NCBI GenBank assembly: GCA_963700065.1
Contig: CAVOWJ010000014.1
Location: forward strand, 35,692 to 99,691
DNA: 64,000 nucleotides
Direction of reading: 5' to 3'
DNA from: an uncultured Acidobacteriota bacterium
GTDB lineage: Bacteria; Acidobacteriota; Vicinamibacteria; Vicinamibacterales; JAKQTR01
Part shown: positions 31,945 to 41,866 of the stretch, in pieces
Position numbering within the stretch: the stretch's first letter is position 1
How the letters are laid out: every line of letters starts with the position of its first letter
Notes under the pieces: model-generated
Databases searched by the model: none
What the model was told of the DNA's origin: nothing
What the model saw: the letters and a program-made list of their open reading frames with translations, nothing else
Made by a program: the position numbers and the translations under genes

Positions 31945-32705
31945 CGGCGTCCATCATCCTGGCCCTGCTACTGGCGGTGCTGATCGGCGTCTCGCTCGGC
32001 ACCCTGGGCAGCGGCGGGTCGATCATCACCATGCCGGTGCTGGTCTACGTGGCCGGCGTGCCCGCGCACACCGCGGTGGGCATGTCCCTCGTCATCGTCG
32101 GGGCAACCGCCGCGGCGGGAAGCTGGCTGCAGTCGCGCAGGGTCGGGCTCGATGCGCGAACTGTGGCCATCTTCGCCGTCACAGGCGCCGCGGGGGCGTA
32201 CGGCGGCGCGCAGCTGACTCCGCTGGTCGGCAGCGCGACGCTCATGGGGATCTTCGCCGTGCTGATGCTGCTGGCCGGGTGGAGGATGCTGGCGGCGCGC
32301 ACCGATTTGCCCGCGCCGCAGGACTGCCGTGTCTGGCGCTGCGCCGTCACGGGGCTGGCGCTCGGCGTGCTGACAGGCTTCCTCGGCATCGGCGGAGGCT
32401 TTCTCATCCTGCCTGCGCTCGTCCTCGCCGCGGGGCTCGACATGAAGCGCGCCGTGCCGACATCGCTGGCTATCATCGCCTTTAATGCCGCCGGCGGGCT
32501 TGCCGGCCAGCTGCGCCAGGCAGCGTTCGATTGGAGCCTGACGGCGGCCTTTCTCGGCTTCGCGCTGACAGGCATGGCCGGCGGGTCGATGATCACCAGG
32601 CGCGTCGCCGGCGACAGGCTCCGGCGGGGGTTCGCGTGGGCCGTGATCGCGCTCGGGACGGCCATCCTCGGGTTCCAGGTTTTGCGCCGCGCGGGTCTCG
32701 CCTGA
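31941..32705 (+). CDS. TauE/SafE sulfite exporter family protein
   Basis: Motifs LGSGGSIITMPVLVY and GFLGIGGGFLILPAL; ATGA overlap. Confidence 0.85.
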   Translation: MTASIILALLLAVLIGVSLGTLGSGGSIITMPVLVYVAGVPAHTAVGMSLVIVGATAAAGSWLQSRRVGLDARTVAIFAVTGAAGAYGGAQLTPLVGSATLMGIFAVLMLLAGWRMLAARTDLPAPQDCRVWRCAVTGLALGVLTGFLGIGGGFLILPALVLAAGLDMKRAVPTSLAIIAFNAAGGLAGQLRQAAFDWSLTAAFLGFALTGMAGGSMITRRVAGDRLRRGFAWAVIALGTAILGFQVLRRAGLA

Positions 32706-32746
32706 GGGTAAGATGACGGATGGCTTCCCTGCATAGGAGACGTGGC

Positions 32747-33371
32747 ATGCGTCGGACCCTCCTGACGGCGGTGATGCTCGCGCTCGCGGCGAGCGCGGTG
32801 GTGTACGGGGCGAAATTCAAGTCCACCTGGAAGGCGCCGGACGTCGATCGGCTGAACTTCGCCGGCAAGAAGGTCGCCGCCGTCGTCATCAGCCCGGACC
32901 AGGATCTTCGAGATCTCGGCCGAAGAAGAACTGGCGCGTCAGCTGACGGCGCTCGGCGTGCAGGGCGTGCCGTCCTACAGGCTGGTTCCGAAAGAGGTGC
33001 TCCAGGACAAGGTCAGGGTCAAGGAGTGGTTCCAGCAGTCCGGCACCGCAGGCCTCGTCGTGATCCGTGTCGTATCGGCGGACAAGGAGATTACGTACAC
33101 GCCGGACGTGTGGGTCACGTCGATGTATGCGAGCCCGTGGGACTACTACGCCTACGGGTGGGGCTCGGCCATCGGGGGGGTCAGCAGGCGCGAGGAACTC
33201 GTCGTGACGATTGAGACGATGGTGTACAGCGTCCCGCTGAGCAAGCTCGTGTGGGCCGGCGTGAGCGAGAAGACCAACCCGAAGGACGCCCAGAAGATCG
33301 TCAAGGAGCTGCTCGGAGCCGTCGTGTCCGAGATGCGCAAGCAGGGCCTCGTGCCCAAGGGCACGCCGTAG
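32747..33371 (+). CDS. Secreted hypothetical protein (DUF4136-like fold suspected); apparent frameshift near 32910
   Basis: RBS AGGAGA; signal peptide; WDYYAYGW...VTIETMVYS..KLVWAGVS. Confidence 0.6.
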
Positions 33372-33392
33372 ACCCGGGCGGAGTCCCGAACC

Positions 33393-34674
33393 ATGGTTGC
33401 GAGGCTTCGCATCGCGGCCGCCGCGACTTGGCTGGCTATCCTCGGGATTGTCGTGTCGGCCGGGGCGGCCAGCGCCCAGACGGTCCAGGCGGCCCAGGGG
33501 GCGGCGACCCCCCAACCTCCGCCCGAACCGCAGGTCGACATCTTCGACATCGCCCGAAAGCTCTACAGAGACCCCCCGGCCAACCCGCCGGATCCGGACC
33601 CGCAGATTGACCGGGGTCTCCAGCTGAGTCTCGCGCCGGGCTTTGCCTACAACCCGTCCGCCGGGTTCATCATCGGCGCGTCGGGGAGCCTGTCGAAGTA
33701 CTTCGGCGATCCCGCGACGACCCGAATCTCGTCGGCCGTGGCCGGGGCGTCGTACTCGTCGAAGCAGCAGGCCTCCCTCACCTTCAAGTTCGGCATGTCC
33801 TCCAGCGGGAACCGCTGGCGCTTCGACGGCGACAACCGTTTTCAGTGGACCTCGCAGGACAGCTACGGATTGGGGACGGGCACCGCGCCATCCGACGGCG
33901 TGTACACGAAGTTCACCTACGTCCGGATGTTCGATGCGGCGTGGTACAAGCTGGTGAAGAATCTCTACGCCGGCGCGGGCTTTCACTACAGCCTGCACAC
34001 GAACGTGCGGCCGGGCACCGACGGCGACCCTGCGTGGGAAGATTCCGACTACGTCACCTACACCGAGGAGAACGGCTTCGACCCGGAGGGCCAGACATCC
34101 GCCGGCTTCGCCGCGGGCCTGATGCTGGATACCCGCGACAACCCCATCAATGCCTCCCGCGGGTGGCTTGCCCTTGTCGCCTACCGGCCGTCGGCCAAAG
34201 GGCTGTTCGGCGCCGACGCGTCGTTTCAGGAAACCCTCGTGGACGTGCGCTCGTTCTTCAGCGTCACCAAGGACCGCCGTCAGCGGCTCGCGGTGTGGGT
34301 CCAGGGAGACTTCACCGGATCGGGCGCGCCGCCTGTACTTCGACGTCCCCGCCCTTGGCGTGAGCGTCGTAGGCCGGTCGGGGAGGGGCTACACCGAAGG
34401 CCGGTTCAGAGGCGAGAAGCTGATGTACGGGGAACTGGAGTACCGGGCCACGCTGATGCGCAACGGACTGCTGGGCATCGTGGCGTTCCTGAACACCACC
34501 ACCGTGTCGGACCGACAGACCGGCGAAGAGCTGTTCGACGGATTCGCGACCGCGGGGGGCATCGGGCTGAGAGTGCTGTTCGCCAAGCGCACCGGCACCA
34601 ACCTGTGCATCGACTACGCCTGGGGACGCCAGGGCTCCAAGGGCTTCTACCTGGGGCTCCAGGAAGCGTTCTAG
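33393..34674 (+). CDS. Omp85-family barrel without a POTRA domain; apparent frameshift near 34330
   Basis: Signal peptide; motifs DTRDNPINASRG, GRGYTEGRFRG and GGIGLR; C-terminal LGLQEAF. Confidence 0.75.
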
Positions 34675-34697
34675 GCCCGACCAGGACCGGCGCGGGG

Positions 34698-35250
34698 TCA
34701 GAATCCGGCCCCGGCCCCGATCAGCGAGCATGGCATCGACGGCCTGCCGCGCCCTGGCGCGGCGCGAGGGCCAGTCGCCGCTGACATGGACGACGCGTGC
34801 GCCGAGGGCGGACAGCCGGTCCTCGAACAACCGATGCAACTGCGCGCGGGCTGCCGGCCGGTCCCGCTGCAGGCCGTCTTCGACCCACGGGACATCTGGA
34901 TGCAGCAGCAGGTAGAGATCGCCGAGCCGCGCCTCCGCCTCGCGCTCGACCCACGCGGGACACGCCCCGTAGTAGTGGTGCGCGTACACGACCGTGCTCA
35001 CAAGGTCGGTGTCCTTGATGGCGACAACCGACGCCGCGCGGAGGGCCGCGTCCTCCTGCTCCATCTGCCCGTGCGCGATGGCCTCGACATCGCCTGCGGT
35101 GAGAGGCGCGCCTTTCCGGTCGAGGTACTCGCGGGCAAACTCCGGCGAACACGGCGCTCCGAGGCGATCCGCCAGGTCCCGCGCGAGCGTCGTCTTCCCG
35201 GTACACTCCGAGCCGGTGACGACGACTACCAGCGGCCTCGCCCGGGTCAT
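34698..35250 (-). CDS. NadR-type kinase domain (AAA_28, ribosylnicotinamide kinase-like); true 3' end uncertain
   Basis: Motifs VTGSECTGKTTLA, PEFAREYL, DTD and DVPWVEDGLQRD; start overlaps the pnuC stop. Confidence 0.8.
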
Positions 35251-35822
35251 GGGCGGCCCCCGGTTGTCATCGATCGCCTCCAGTCGCGGAACCCCAGCAG
35301 CGCGAGGCCGACGTAAATCCCGTAGAGCCCCGCCGTCAGCGTCAGCCCCTGCGACAGGCCCATGCCTACGTAGACCACGTCGACCGCCACCCACAACACC
35401 CAGTTCTCCAGGAACTTCCGCGCCTGCATCCATTGAGCGGCGAGGCTGAACGAGGTGGCAACGCCATCGAGGTACGGCATGGCGTGGTCGGTCCGGGTGC
35501 GGAGCCAGTAGCCCGAGGCCCAGGCGGCGGCTGCGCCCACAGCCACGAGCCCGACGGCCAGCCCCTTCGGCAGGCGCGACACGGTCAACGCCTGGTGCCC
35601 CTCGCCGCCGCGCAACCACGCGTGCCACCCGTACGCGAGCAGCCCGACGTAGACGCCCTGCAATCCCATGGCGCCATAGAGCTTCGCGTCGTAGAACACC
35701 ACGATGAACGACACGACCGAGACGATCCCGGCAGGCCAGCACCAGATGTTCTGGCGGGTGGTGAGCCAGACTCCCAGCACCCCGGTGACGACGCCGACGA
35801 CCTCGAACGGGTTCGCGGCCAC
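35247..35822 (-). CDS. pnuC: PnuC-family vitamin transporter (probably thiamine, PnuT-like)
   Basis: Motifs RQNIWCWPAG, YGWHAW, PYLDG and ARKFLENWVLWVAVD; lies in a TPP-regulated operon. Confidence 0.88.
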   Translation of the reverse strand: MAANPFEVVGVVTGVLGVWLTTRQNIWCWPAGIVSVVSFIVVFYDAKLYGAMGLQGVYVGLLAYGWHAWLRGGEGHQALTVSRLPKGLAVGLVAVGAAAAWASGYWLRTRTDHAMPYLDGVATSFSLAAQWMQARKFLENWVLWVAVDVVYVGMGLSQGLTLTAGLYGIYVGLALLGFRDWRRSMTTGGRP

Positions 35823-35823
35823 G

Positions 35824-38160
35824 TCAGAACCTGGATTCCAGCGCCACGAACACGCTCCGCGTCGCCAGCGGATAGTAGTAGCGCGTGCCGGCCGCCTGCA
35901 TCGCGCCGCCGCCATCCATGACGAAGTACTGATAGCTGTAGCCGCTCGGGAACATCCGGCGGTTGTCGAGCAGATTGGTCGCCTGCACCCGCACCCGCGG
36001 CCCGGCGGCGGCCGTGAACGGCAGGAGCCGGGCGAGGGAGATGGACAGGTCCGCGTCGAGGCCGAAGAAGCCCGGCGCCTTGAAGTCGGCGCTATCCGTG
36101 TTGTCCAGGTGCGCCGCACCGACGTACCGGCCGGCGGCGCCGACGGTGAGCCACTGCGCCGGCGAGTACGCCGCGCCGAGGGTGAACAGGACGGCCGGCG
36201 TCAAGAGGGGCGCCACGTTGTCGTGCGTCAGGCTGGTCGTCCCGGTCCAGGCGCCGCTCCCGTCATAGACGTCGTAGAACTGCGTCCATGACCGGATGCG
36301 GTTGTAGCTGTACGTCGCCGAGTGCCGCACCTGCAGCGGCTTTGCCGGCGTCCACGTGACGTCGAATTCCACGCCTCTCCGGACGCTCTCGTCCACGTTC
36401 CGCCTGAGCGGCAGGCCGATCTCCGACAGTTCGCCCGTCTGCGCAATCTCGTTTTCGAACGACATCGAGTAGACGTTCGCGCGCAGGGTGAGGCCCGGCC
36501 GCGACCATTCGGCGCCGGCCTCCACGTTCACCACGTCTTCCGGCTTCACGGCCGAGAGGTCGTACTGCACCGTCGGGTTGTCCTCGCCCTGCAGCATGTC
36601 GCTGCGCGCGGGCTCGCGGCCGGCGCGACCGATCGACGCGTACGCGCTGACGCCGCGCCCCAGGTCGAGCCGGGTCCCGACCTTCGGGTTGAAGAAGGTC
36701 CAGTCGATCGACCCGAGGTCGAGATCCCCGTCGAAGCGGAAACGCACCCAGCGAACCTGAACGTCGCCGTAGTGATGCCACCGGCCGCTGGCGTAACCCA
36801 GTTTCACGAACGTGTTCGCCTCGTTCTTGAAGCCATGATTCACGTATTCGGCCGGCCCGCCGACGATCTCGCGGGCGTGCCGGCTCTCGAAGTCGTTGGC
36901 ATGCCCGCCCCACGTCAGGTCGAACGCCCCGCGGACGGCGCGGTACGTCGCCGTCGCGCCCACGCTGCTCCAGTCGAGGTTGTACTGATACAGCCCGGCG
37001 GTCGCGCTCTGGATCCGGTACCAGCCGCCGGCGCCGTTGTAGTAGCCCTGCACCGACAGCTCGGCGGCCGGCCCGAAGGCGCGGTGGTACTGGGCCGTCA
37101 CGAAGCGCTGCGTGAACTGGTCACGCTCGTCCGGGCTCATCGGGTTGGCGCGAAGATCCGTCTCGAGCGCCTCCTCATCGGCCGCCAGGAACGCGAGTTG
37201 TGACGCCTGCCTCCCGGCGAAGCCGAACACCTTGAAGTACGAGGTGTCCGTGTCCCTCGATGCGCCGGCGTACACGCTGCGCTGCGTCGACCCCGCGTGC
37301 TCCCGGAACCCATCGGCCTCCTGGTACGCCGCCTGGCCGTAGAGCTTGATCCCGCCGCCCAGCCTGCCCGAGTGCGCCGCTGCGCTGAACCGGCGGGTCC
37401 CGAACGATCCGCCGCCGAGGCGGACATCGGCGGCGGCCTTCTCCTTCAAGTCGACGCTGGCGAAGTTGATCGAACCGACGAACGAGGCCGCGCCCACCGT
37501 CGACGTTCCGACGCCCCGCTGCACCTGCAGGCTCTCGATCGCATTGGCGAAGTCGCCGAAGTTGGCGAAGTAGAACGCCGAGTCCTCGGGCTCGTTCAGG
37601 GGCACGCCGTCGAGCGTGATGTTCATCCGCGTCTGCGGGATGCCCCGCAGGTAGATGTACGAATAGCCCGTGGCCGAGCCGGAGTCCGAGTACTGGGTGA
37701 CCGACGGCACCTCCTTCAGGAGGAACGGCATCTCCTGGCCCGTGTTCAGCTGCTCGATCTCGCGCCGGTCCAGGTCGCGCTTCGTGATCGGAGCGTCGGC
37801 GTCGGCGCGCACCGCGGCCACGGTGATCTCCTCCGCGAAGCGCGCAACCGGGCTCAGGAGGACATCGACGCCGACGAGCGGTCCGGCGACGTCGATGTCC
37901 TGCACGGCCTCGGCGTGGCCTGGCGCCCGCACATGCAACCGGTGCCGCCCGGGCGCGAGCTGCAGCGTGAAGCGCCCGTCTTCGCCCGTCTGCGCTGCGC
38001 CACCGCCATCCGTGCGGACCGACGCGCCGGCAACCGGCGACCCCGACACGGTCCGTACGACGCCGCTGACCGGAACGTGCGGGTCCTGCGCGTCCGCCGC
38101 GGCCGGGCCAGCGGCGGCGAACCCTGCGATCAAAGCGGCAACGACGAGCCGCGCGTTCAT
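35824..38160 (-). CDS. TonB-dependent receptor (probably thiamine)
   Basis: Carboxypeptidase-regulatory-like N-domain; plug YIYLRGI..RMNITLDGVPLNEPED..QVQRGVGTS; C-terminal F; downstream of a TPP riboswitch. Confidence 0.9.
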   Translation of the reverse strand: MNARLVVAALIAGFAAAGPAAADAQDPHVPVSGVVRTVSGSPVAGASVRTDGGGAAQTGEDGRFTLQLAPGRHRLHVRAPGHAEAVQDIDVAGPLVGVDVLLSPVARFAEEITVAAVRADADAPITKRDLDRREIEQLNTGQEMPFLLKEVPSVTQYSDSGSATGYSYIYLRGIPQTRMNITLDGVPLNEPEDSAFYFANFGDFANAIESLQVQRGVGTSTVGAASFVGSINFASVDLKEKAAADVRLGGGSFGTRRFSAAAHSGRLGGGIKLYGQAAYQEADGFREHAGSTQRSVYAGASRDTDTSYFKVFGFAGRQASQLAFLAADEEALETDLRANPMSPDERDQFTQRFVTAQYHRAFGPAAELSVQGYYNGAGGWYRIQSATAGLYQYNLDWSSVGATATYRAVRGAFDLTWGGHANDFESRHAREIVGGPAEYVNHGFKNEANTFVKLGYASGRWHHYGDVQVRWVRFRFDGDLDLGSIDWTFFNPKVGTRLDLGRGVSAYASIGRAGREPARSDMLQGEDNPTVQYDLSAVKPEDVVNVEAGAEWSRPGLTLRANVYSMSFENEIAQTGELSEIGLPLRRNVDESVRRGVEFDVTWTPAKPLQVRHSATYSYNRIRSWTQFYDVYDGSGAWTGTTSLTHDNVAPLLTPAVLFTLGAAYSPAQWLTVGAAGRYVGAAHLDNTDSADFKAPGFFGLDADLSISLARLLPFTAAAGPRVRVQATNLLDNRRMFPSGYSYQYFVMDGGGAMQAAGTRYYYPLATRSVFVALESRF

Positions 38161-38226
38161 GGCCACCCCTCCTCTCGATCCGCAGACGCGTGCCGGACGA
38201 GTGAAAAGGATGCTTTGGGGAGTTCC

Positions 38227-38306
38227 TGCCTTCCCTACGCCGGTACTACCCGGTTCAGGTTCGAGGGTGTGATCTCAGGCCGTTCCTTTTGGCCACCCCT
38301 AGGCGT
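38227..38306 (-). ncRNA. TPP (THI-box) riboswitch
   Basis: Minus strand AGGGGTGGCC...GGCCTGAGATCACACCCTCGAACCTGAACCGGGTAGTACCGGCGTAGGGAAG matches the TPP consensus (CTGAGA, ACCTGA, GCGTAGGGA). Confidence 0.95.
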
Positions 38307-38319
38307 CCTGCCACCCACG

Positions 38320-38349
38320 AGTGTGAATCCGAACCCCGCCCGGGGTCAA
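38320..38349 (-). promoter_or_regulatory. Candidate sigma70 promoter for the TPP operon
   Basis: TTGACC-N18-CACACT just upstream of the aptamer. Confidence 0.4.
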
Positions 38350-38488
38350 GCGCCCACCTTCGCCTCGGGACGGCGATCTCCACCGGGCGGCGCGCCGCCA
38401 CCTTTCTTGGGGCCCGCAGCCCCGGCCGGGTTACGATCGGTGCGCGCGCGGCCAACCCGGGCACCGGGCGGCCCGGCAGGGAGGGCAG

Positions 38489-38743
38489 ATGCGAAAAGCG
38501 ATCCTCACGATGCACTTCATGGACGGCACGAAGATCGTGGTGCGGTATCCGAAACAGGCCGGCACGGACGCGGCGACGATTGCCTCGTCGGTCAAGCGGG
38601 CCCTCGACGCGGATAAACTCGTCTTCGAAATCGACGGCGACCTGATCATCGTCCCCACCCTTAGCATCAAATACATCCACCTGACCCCGGCACCGGATCA
38701 CCTGCCCTCCGGCGTGATCAGGGAAGGGAAGCTGCTCGGCTGA
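38489..38743 (+). CDS. Small hypothetical protein (84 aa)
   Basis: RBS GGGAGGG; protein-like composition and codon usage. Confidence 0.65.
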   Translation: MRKAILTMHFMDGTKIVVRYPKQAGTDAATIASSVKRALDADKLVFEIDGDLIIVPTLSIKYIHLTPAPDHLPSGVIREGKLLG

Positions 38744-38765
38744 CGGCCGGCGCGGCCCGACGTTC

Positions 38766-41165
38766 ATGGTCAGACTCAGGGGAACCCCTCGCGTTATCGC
38801 CATCGCGGCGGCCTTGCTCGGCATCGCCGCCGGCGCGTACTTCTGGCAACGGGGCCTCGCCCCAGCTGAGGGCCCTGCCGGCAGGGCCGAGCTGGCCCCG
38901 GAAGCGGTCGCCCGCGCCACGTACGTCGGCGAGCCGGCGTGCACGCCGTGCCATGAGGGCCAGACGAAGGAGTGGCGCCAGTCGCACCACGCCCGCGCCA
39001 TGGAGCCCGTGAGCGAGTCGACGGTACTGGGCGATTTCGACAGCGCGTCGTTCACCTCCGCGGGCATCACGTCGACCTTCTCGAAGCGGGACGGGAAGTT
39101 CATCGTGCGCACCGATGGGCCTGACGGCCAGCTTCACGACTACGAGATCGCCTACACGTTCGGGTTCACGCCGCTTCAGCAGTACCTGGTGGCGTTTCCC
39201 GGGGGGCGCTACCAGTGCCTCCCCATCGCGTGGGACACCCGGCCGGCAGAGAAGGGCGGCCAGCGCTGGTTCCACCTCTACCCTCAGGAGCGCATCACGT
39301 CGACGGATCCGCTCCACTGGACGGGACCGAACCAGAACTGGAACTACATGTGCGCGGACTGCCATTCGACCAACCTGGTCCGCAACTTCGATCTCGCCAC
39401 GAACAGCTACAAGACCACCTGGTCCGAGATCCACGTGTCGTGCGAAACGTGTCACGGCCCCGGATCGACGCACGTGACGTGGGCGGAGGAGCGGAAGAAG
39501 CGGGGCCTGACCGGCCGCGACGACAGCGCCATGGGCCTCGTCGTGCAGGGCCTGCGGGCGGTGGACTACAGCGGCTTCGGCGTCGGCGACGCGTCGAGCC
39601 TCGCCTCGCGCCCCGTCGACCGCAGGCGCCAGCAGGCCGAGGTGCAGGCCTGCGCGCCGTGCCACGCCCGGCGCGGCCCGATCACCGACGTGCCGGACAT
39701 CGGCCGGACGTTTCTCGACAGCTACCGCCCGGCGCTCCTGGACGACGGGCTGTACTACGCCGACGGGCAGATTCTCGACGAGGTGTACCAGTACGGGTCG
39801 TTCACGCAGAGCAAGATGTACGCGGCGGGCGTCACCTGTTCCGACTGCCACAACGCGCACAGCCTGAAGCAGCGCGGCACCGGCAACAACGTGTGCAACC
39901 ACTGCCACCTGCCGCTGACGTACGACACGCCGGCGCACCACCATCACAAGCAGGGCACCGAGGCGGCGCGGTGCGCGAGTTGTCACATGCGGACCACCAC
40001 CTACATGGTGGTGGACCCCCGCCAGGACCACAGCTTCCGGGTGCCCAGGGTGGACTACACGCTCACGTACGGCATCCCGAACGCCTGCACGACGCCCTGC
40101 CACGCCGACAAGAGCATGAAGTGGTCCCATGACGCGGTCGTCAAGTGGTACGGCCCGGAGCGGAAGCGCGGCAACGGCTACGTCGCGGCGCTGGCGGCCG
40201 CACGGCAAGGGCTCCCGGAGAGCGAGAAACAGCTTCGCGCCGCGATCCTGATGGCGGACTTCCCGCCGATTGCGCGGGCCACGGCGCTGGGGCTGCTCGG
40301 CGAGTACTACTCGCCGGCCTCCATTGACGCGCTGCAAGCCGGGCTCACCGACCCGGATGCGCTCGTCCGCTCGGCCGCCGCGCGCATGCTCGAGTCGCTC
40401 CAGCCCCCTGATCGTGTGCGGCTCGGGCGCTCCCTGCTCACCGATCCCGTGCGCGTGGTCCGCGCATGGGCGGCGTCCTCGCTCGCCGGCGCGCCCCGGG
40501 ACCTGTTCACCCAGGATGAAGCTTCGGCGCTCGCCCGTGCCATGGAGGAGTACGTCGCCCTCGAAACGGCCGTGGCTGAACGCCCGGAGGCGCACGTCAA
40601 CCTGAGCACCTTCTATCTCCGCCAGGGGAAGACCGCCGAGGCGGAGGCCGCGCTGCAGACCGCCCTGCGCCTCGACCCCCGGAACGTGCCGGCGCGCGTC
40701 AACCTGGCCGATCTCTATCGCTCCGCGAGCCGCGACGCTGACGGCGAGAAGCTGCTTGCCGAGGCGGTCAGGCTTGATCCCACGGCGGCGGAGGCGGCGC
40801 ACGCGCTCGGCCTGCTCTACGTGCGCCTCGGGCGGCGAGACGAGGCGCTGTCGCTCCTCGAGCGGGCCTACACGCTGCTGCCGCGGACCCCGCGCTACGG
40901 CTATGTCTATGCGGTGGCCCTTCACGATGCCGGCGCCGCCGGCAAGGCCATCGCCGTGCTCTCCAAGGTGCACGCGGCCCGGCCGTCGGATGCCGACACC
41001 CTCGCGGCGCTCGCCATGTTCGAACGCGACCGCGGCAACCTGCGCGCCGCCACCGAATGGGCAGAGAAGCTGGTGGCGTTGCGGCCCGACGACCCGGGGG
41101 CCGGCGAGCTCCTGAACCAGCTGAGGGCGGCCGCGACGGGCCGGCGCTCGGGGCCCGTACGGTAG
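38766..41165 (+). CDS. Membrane-anchored multiheme cytochrome c with HEAT and TPR repeats
   Basis: Seven CxxCH (CTPCH, CADCH, CETCH, CAPCH, CSDCH, CNHCH, CASCH) plus CTTPCH; HEAT-like DPDALVRSAA; C-terminal TPRs. Confidence 0.88.
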   Translation: MVRLRGTPRVIAIAAALLGIAAGAYFWQRGLAPAEGPAGRAELAPEAVARATYVGEPACTPCHEGQTKEWRQSHHARAMEPVSESTVLGDFDSASFTSAGITSTFSKRDGKFIVRTDGPDGQLHDYEIAYTFGFTPLQQYLVAFPGGRYQCLPIAWDTRPAEKGGQRWFHLYPQERITSTDPLHWTGPNQNWNYMCADCHSTNLVRNFDLATNSYKTTWSEIHVSCETCHGPGSTHVTWAEERKKRGLTGRDDSAMGLVVQGLRAVDYSGFGVGDASSLASRPVDRRRQQAEVQACAPCHARRGPITDVPDIGRTFLDSYRPALLDDGLYYADGQILDEVYQYGSFTQSKMYAAGVTCSDCHNAHSLKQRGTGNNVCNHCHLPLTYDTPAHHHHKQGTEAARCASCHMRTTTYMVVDPRQDHSFRVPRVDYTLTYGIPNACTTPCHADKSMKWSHDAVVKWYGPERKRGNGYVAALAAARQGLPESEKQLRAAILMADFPPIARATALGLLGEYYSPASIDALQAGLTDPDALVRSAAARMLESLQPPDRVRLGRSLLTDPVRVVRAWAASSLAGAPRDLFTQDEASALARAMEEYVALETAVAERPEAHVNLSTFYLRQGKTAEAEAALQTALRLDPRNVPARVNLADLYRSASRDADGEKLLAEAVRLDPTAAEAAHALGLLYVRLGRRDEALSLLERAYTLLPRTPRYGYVYAVALHDAGAAGKAIAVLSKVHAARPSDADTLAALAMFERDRGNLRAATEWAEKLVALRPDDPGAGELLNQLRAAATGRRSGPVR

Positions 41166-41260
41166 GCGCGTTCGCCAGCCCGTGCCCGGGGCAGGCCGGG
41201 CCGGCGCGAAGGCCGAACGTGGTATCGTGACCGACAGGACTGGTGAAGGAGCAAGCTGGC

Positions 41261-41854
41261 ATGACGCATGGACGGACGCGGGCACTCGTAGTCGTGGCGG
41301 TGCTGACCCTGGCTGTGGCCGTGGCCCACGCCGGCATGAAGGTCAAGGTCGAATTCGACAAGGAGTACGATTTCACGAAGGTCCGCACCTTCGCCTGGCA
41401 CCCCGACGGCGCGGGAGAAGTCAAGATGCTCATCCGGGAAGGCGGCGATCCCGAGGCCATCCGGGCCCGCTGGGAGCCGACGATCAAGGACGCGGTCGAG
41501 CAGGAACTGAAGAAGCAGGGCCTCGTGCCGGCCACCGGCGGCACGCCGGACGTCTATCTGAACTACTACTTCCTCTCGGGCCCCAATTCCGAGGCCCAGA
41601 CCCGGGGCCAGTTCATCGGCGCGATCCCGCCATGGGGCGTTCCGGATTTCGAGATGACGACCACGTCGCTGAAGATCTTCGAGCAGGGGACCCTCATCCT
41701 CGACATCATTGACGCCCCGAAGCGCCAGATCAACTGGCGGGGCATCGTCCAGGCGGAAGTCGACCGCCAGGCCACGCCGGCCAAGCGCGAGCAGCGGATC
41801 CGCGAGGCGATGCGCGAGATGCTGAAGAAGTTCCCCCCGAAGCCGAAGAAGTAG
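41261..41854 (+). CDS. DUF4136-family secreted protein
   Basis: Motifs YDFTKVRTFAW, GTLILDIIDA...WRG and MLKKFPP. Confidence 0.78.
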   Translation: MTHGRTRALVVVAVLTLAVAVAHAGMKVKVEFDKEYDFTKVRTFAWHPDGAGEVKMLIREGGDPEAIRARWEPTIKDAVEQELKKQGLVPATGGTPDVYLNYYFLSGPNSEAQTRGQFIGAIPPWGVPDFEMTTTSLKIFEQGTLILDIIDAPKRQINWRGIVQAEVDRQATPAKREQRIREAMREMLKKFPPKPKK

Positions 41855-41866
41855 CAGCCCGGGTCC

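Noticed and set aside
34312-35742. 476-aa ORF extending the NadR-like kinase at both ends
   Set aside because: The N-terminal extension overlaps pnuC out of frame, and the C-terminal extension runs antisense into the Omp85 gene; only about 34700-35250 looks real.
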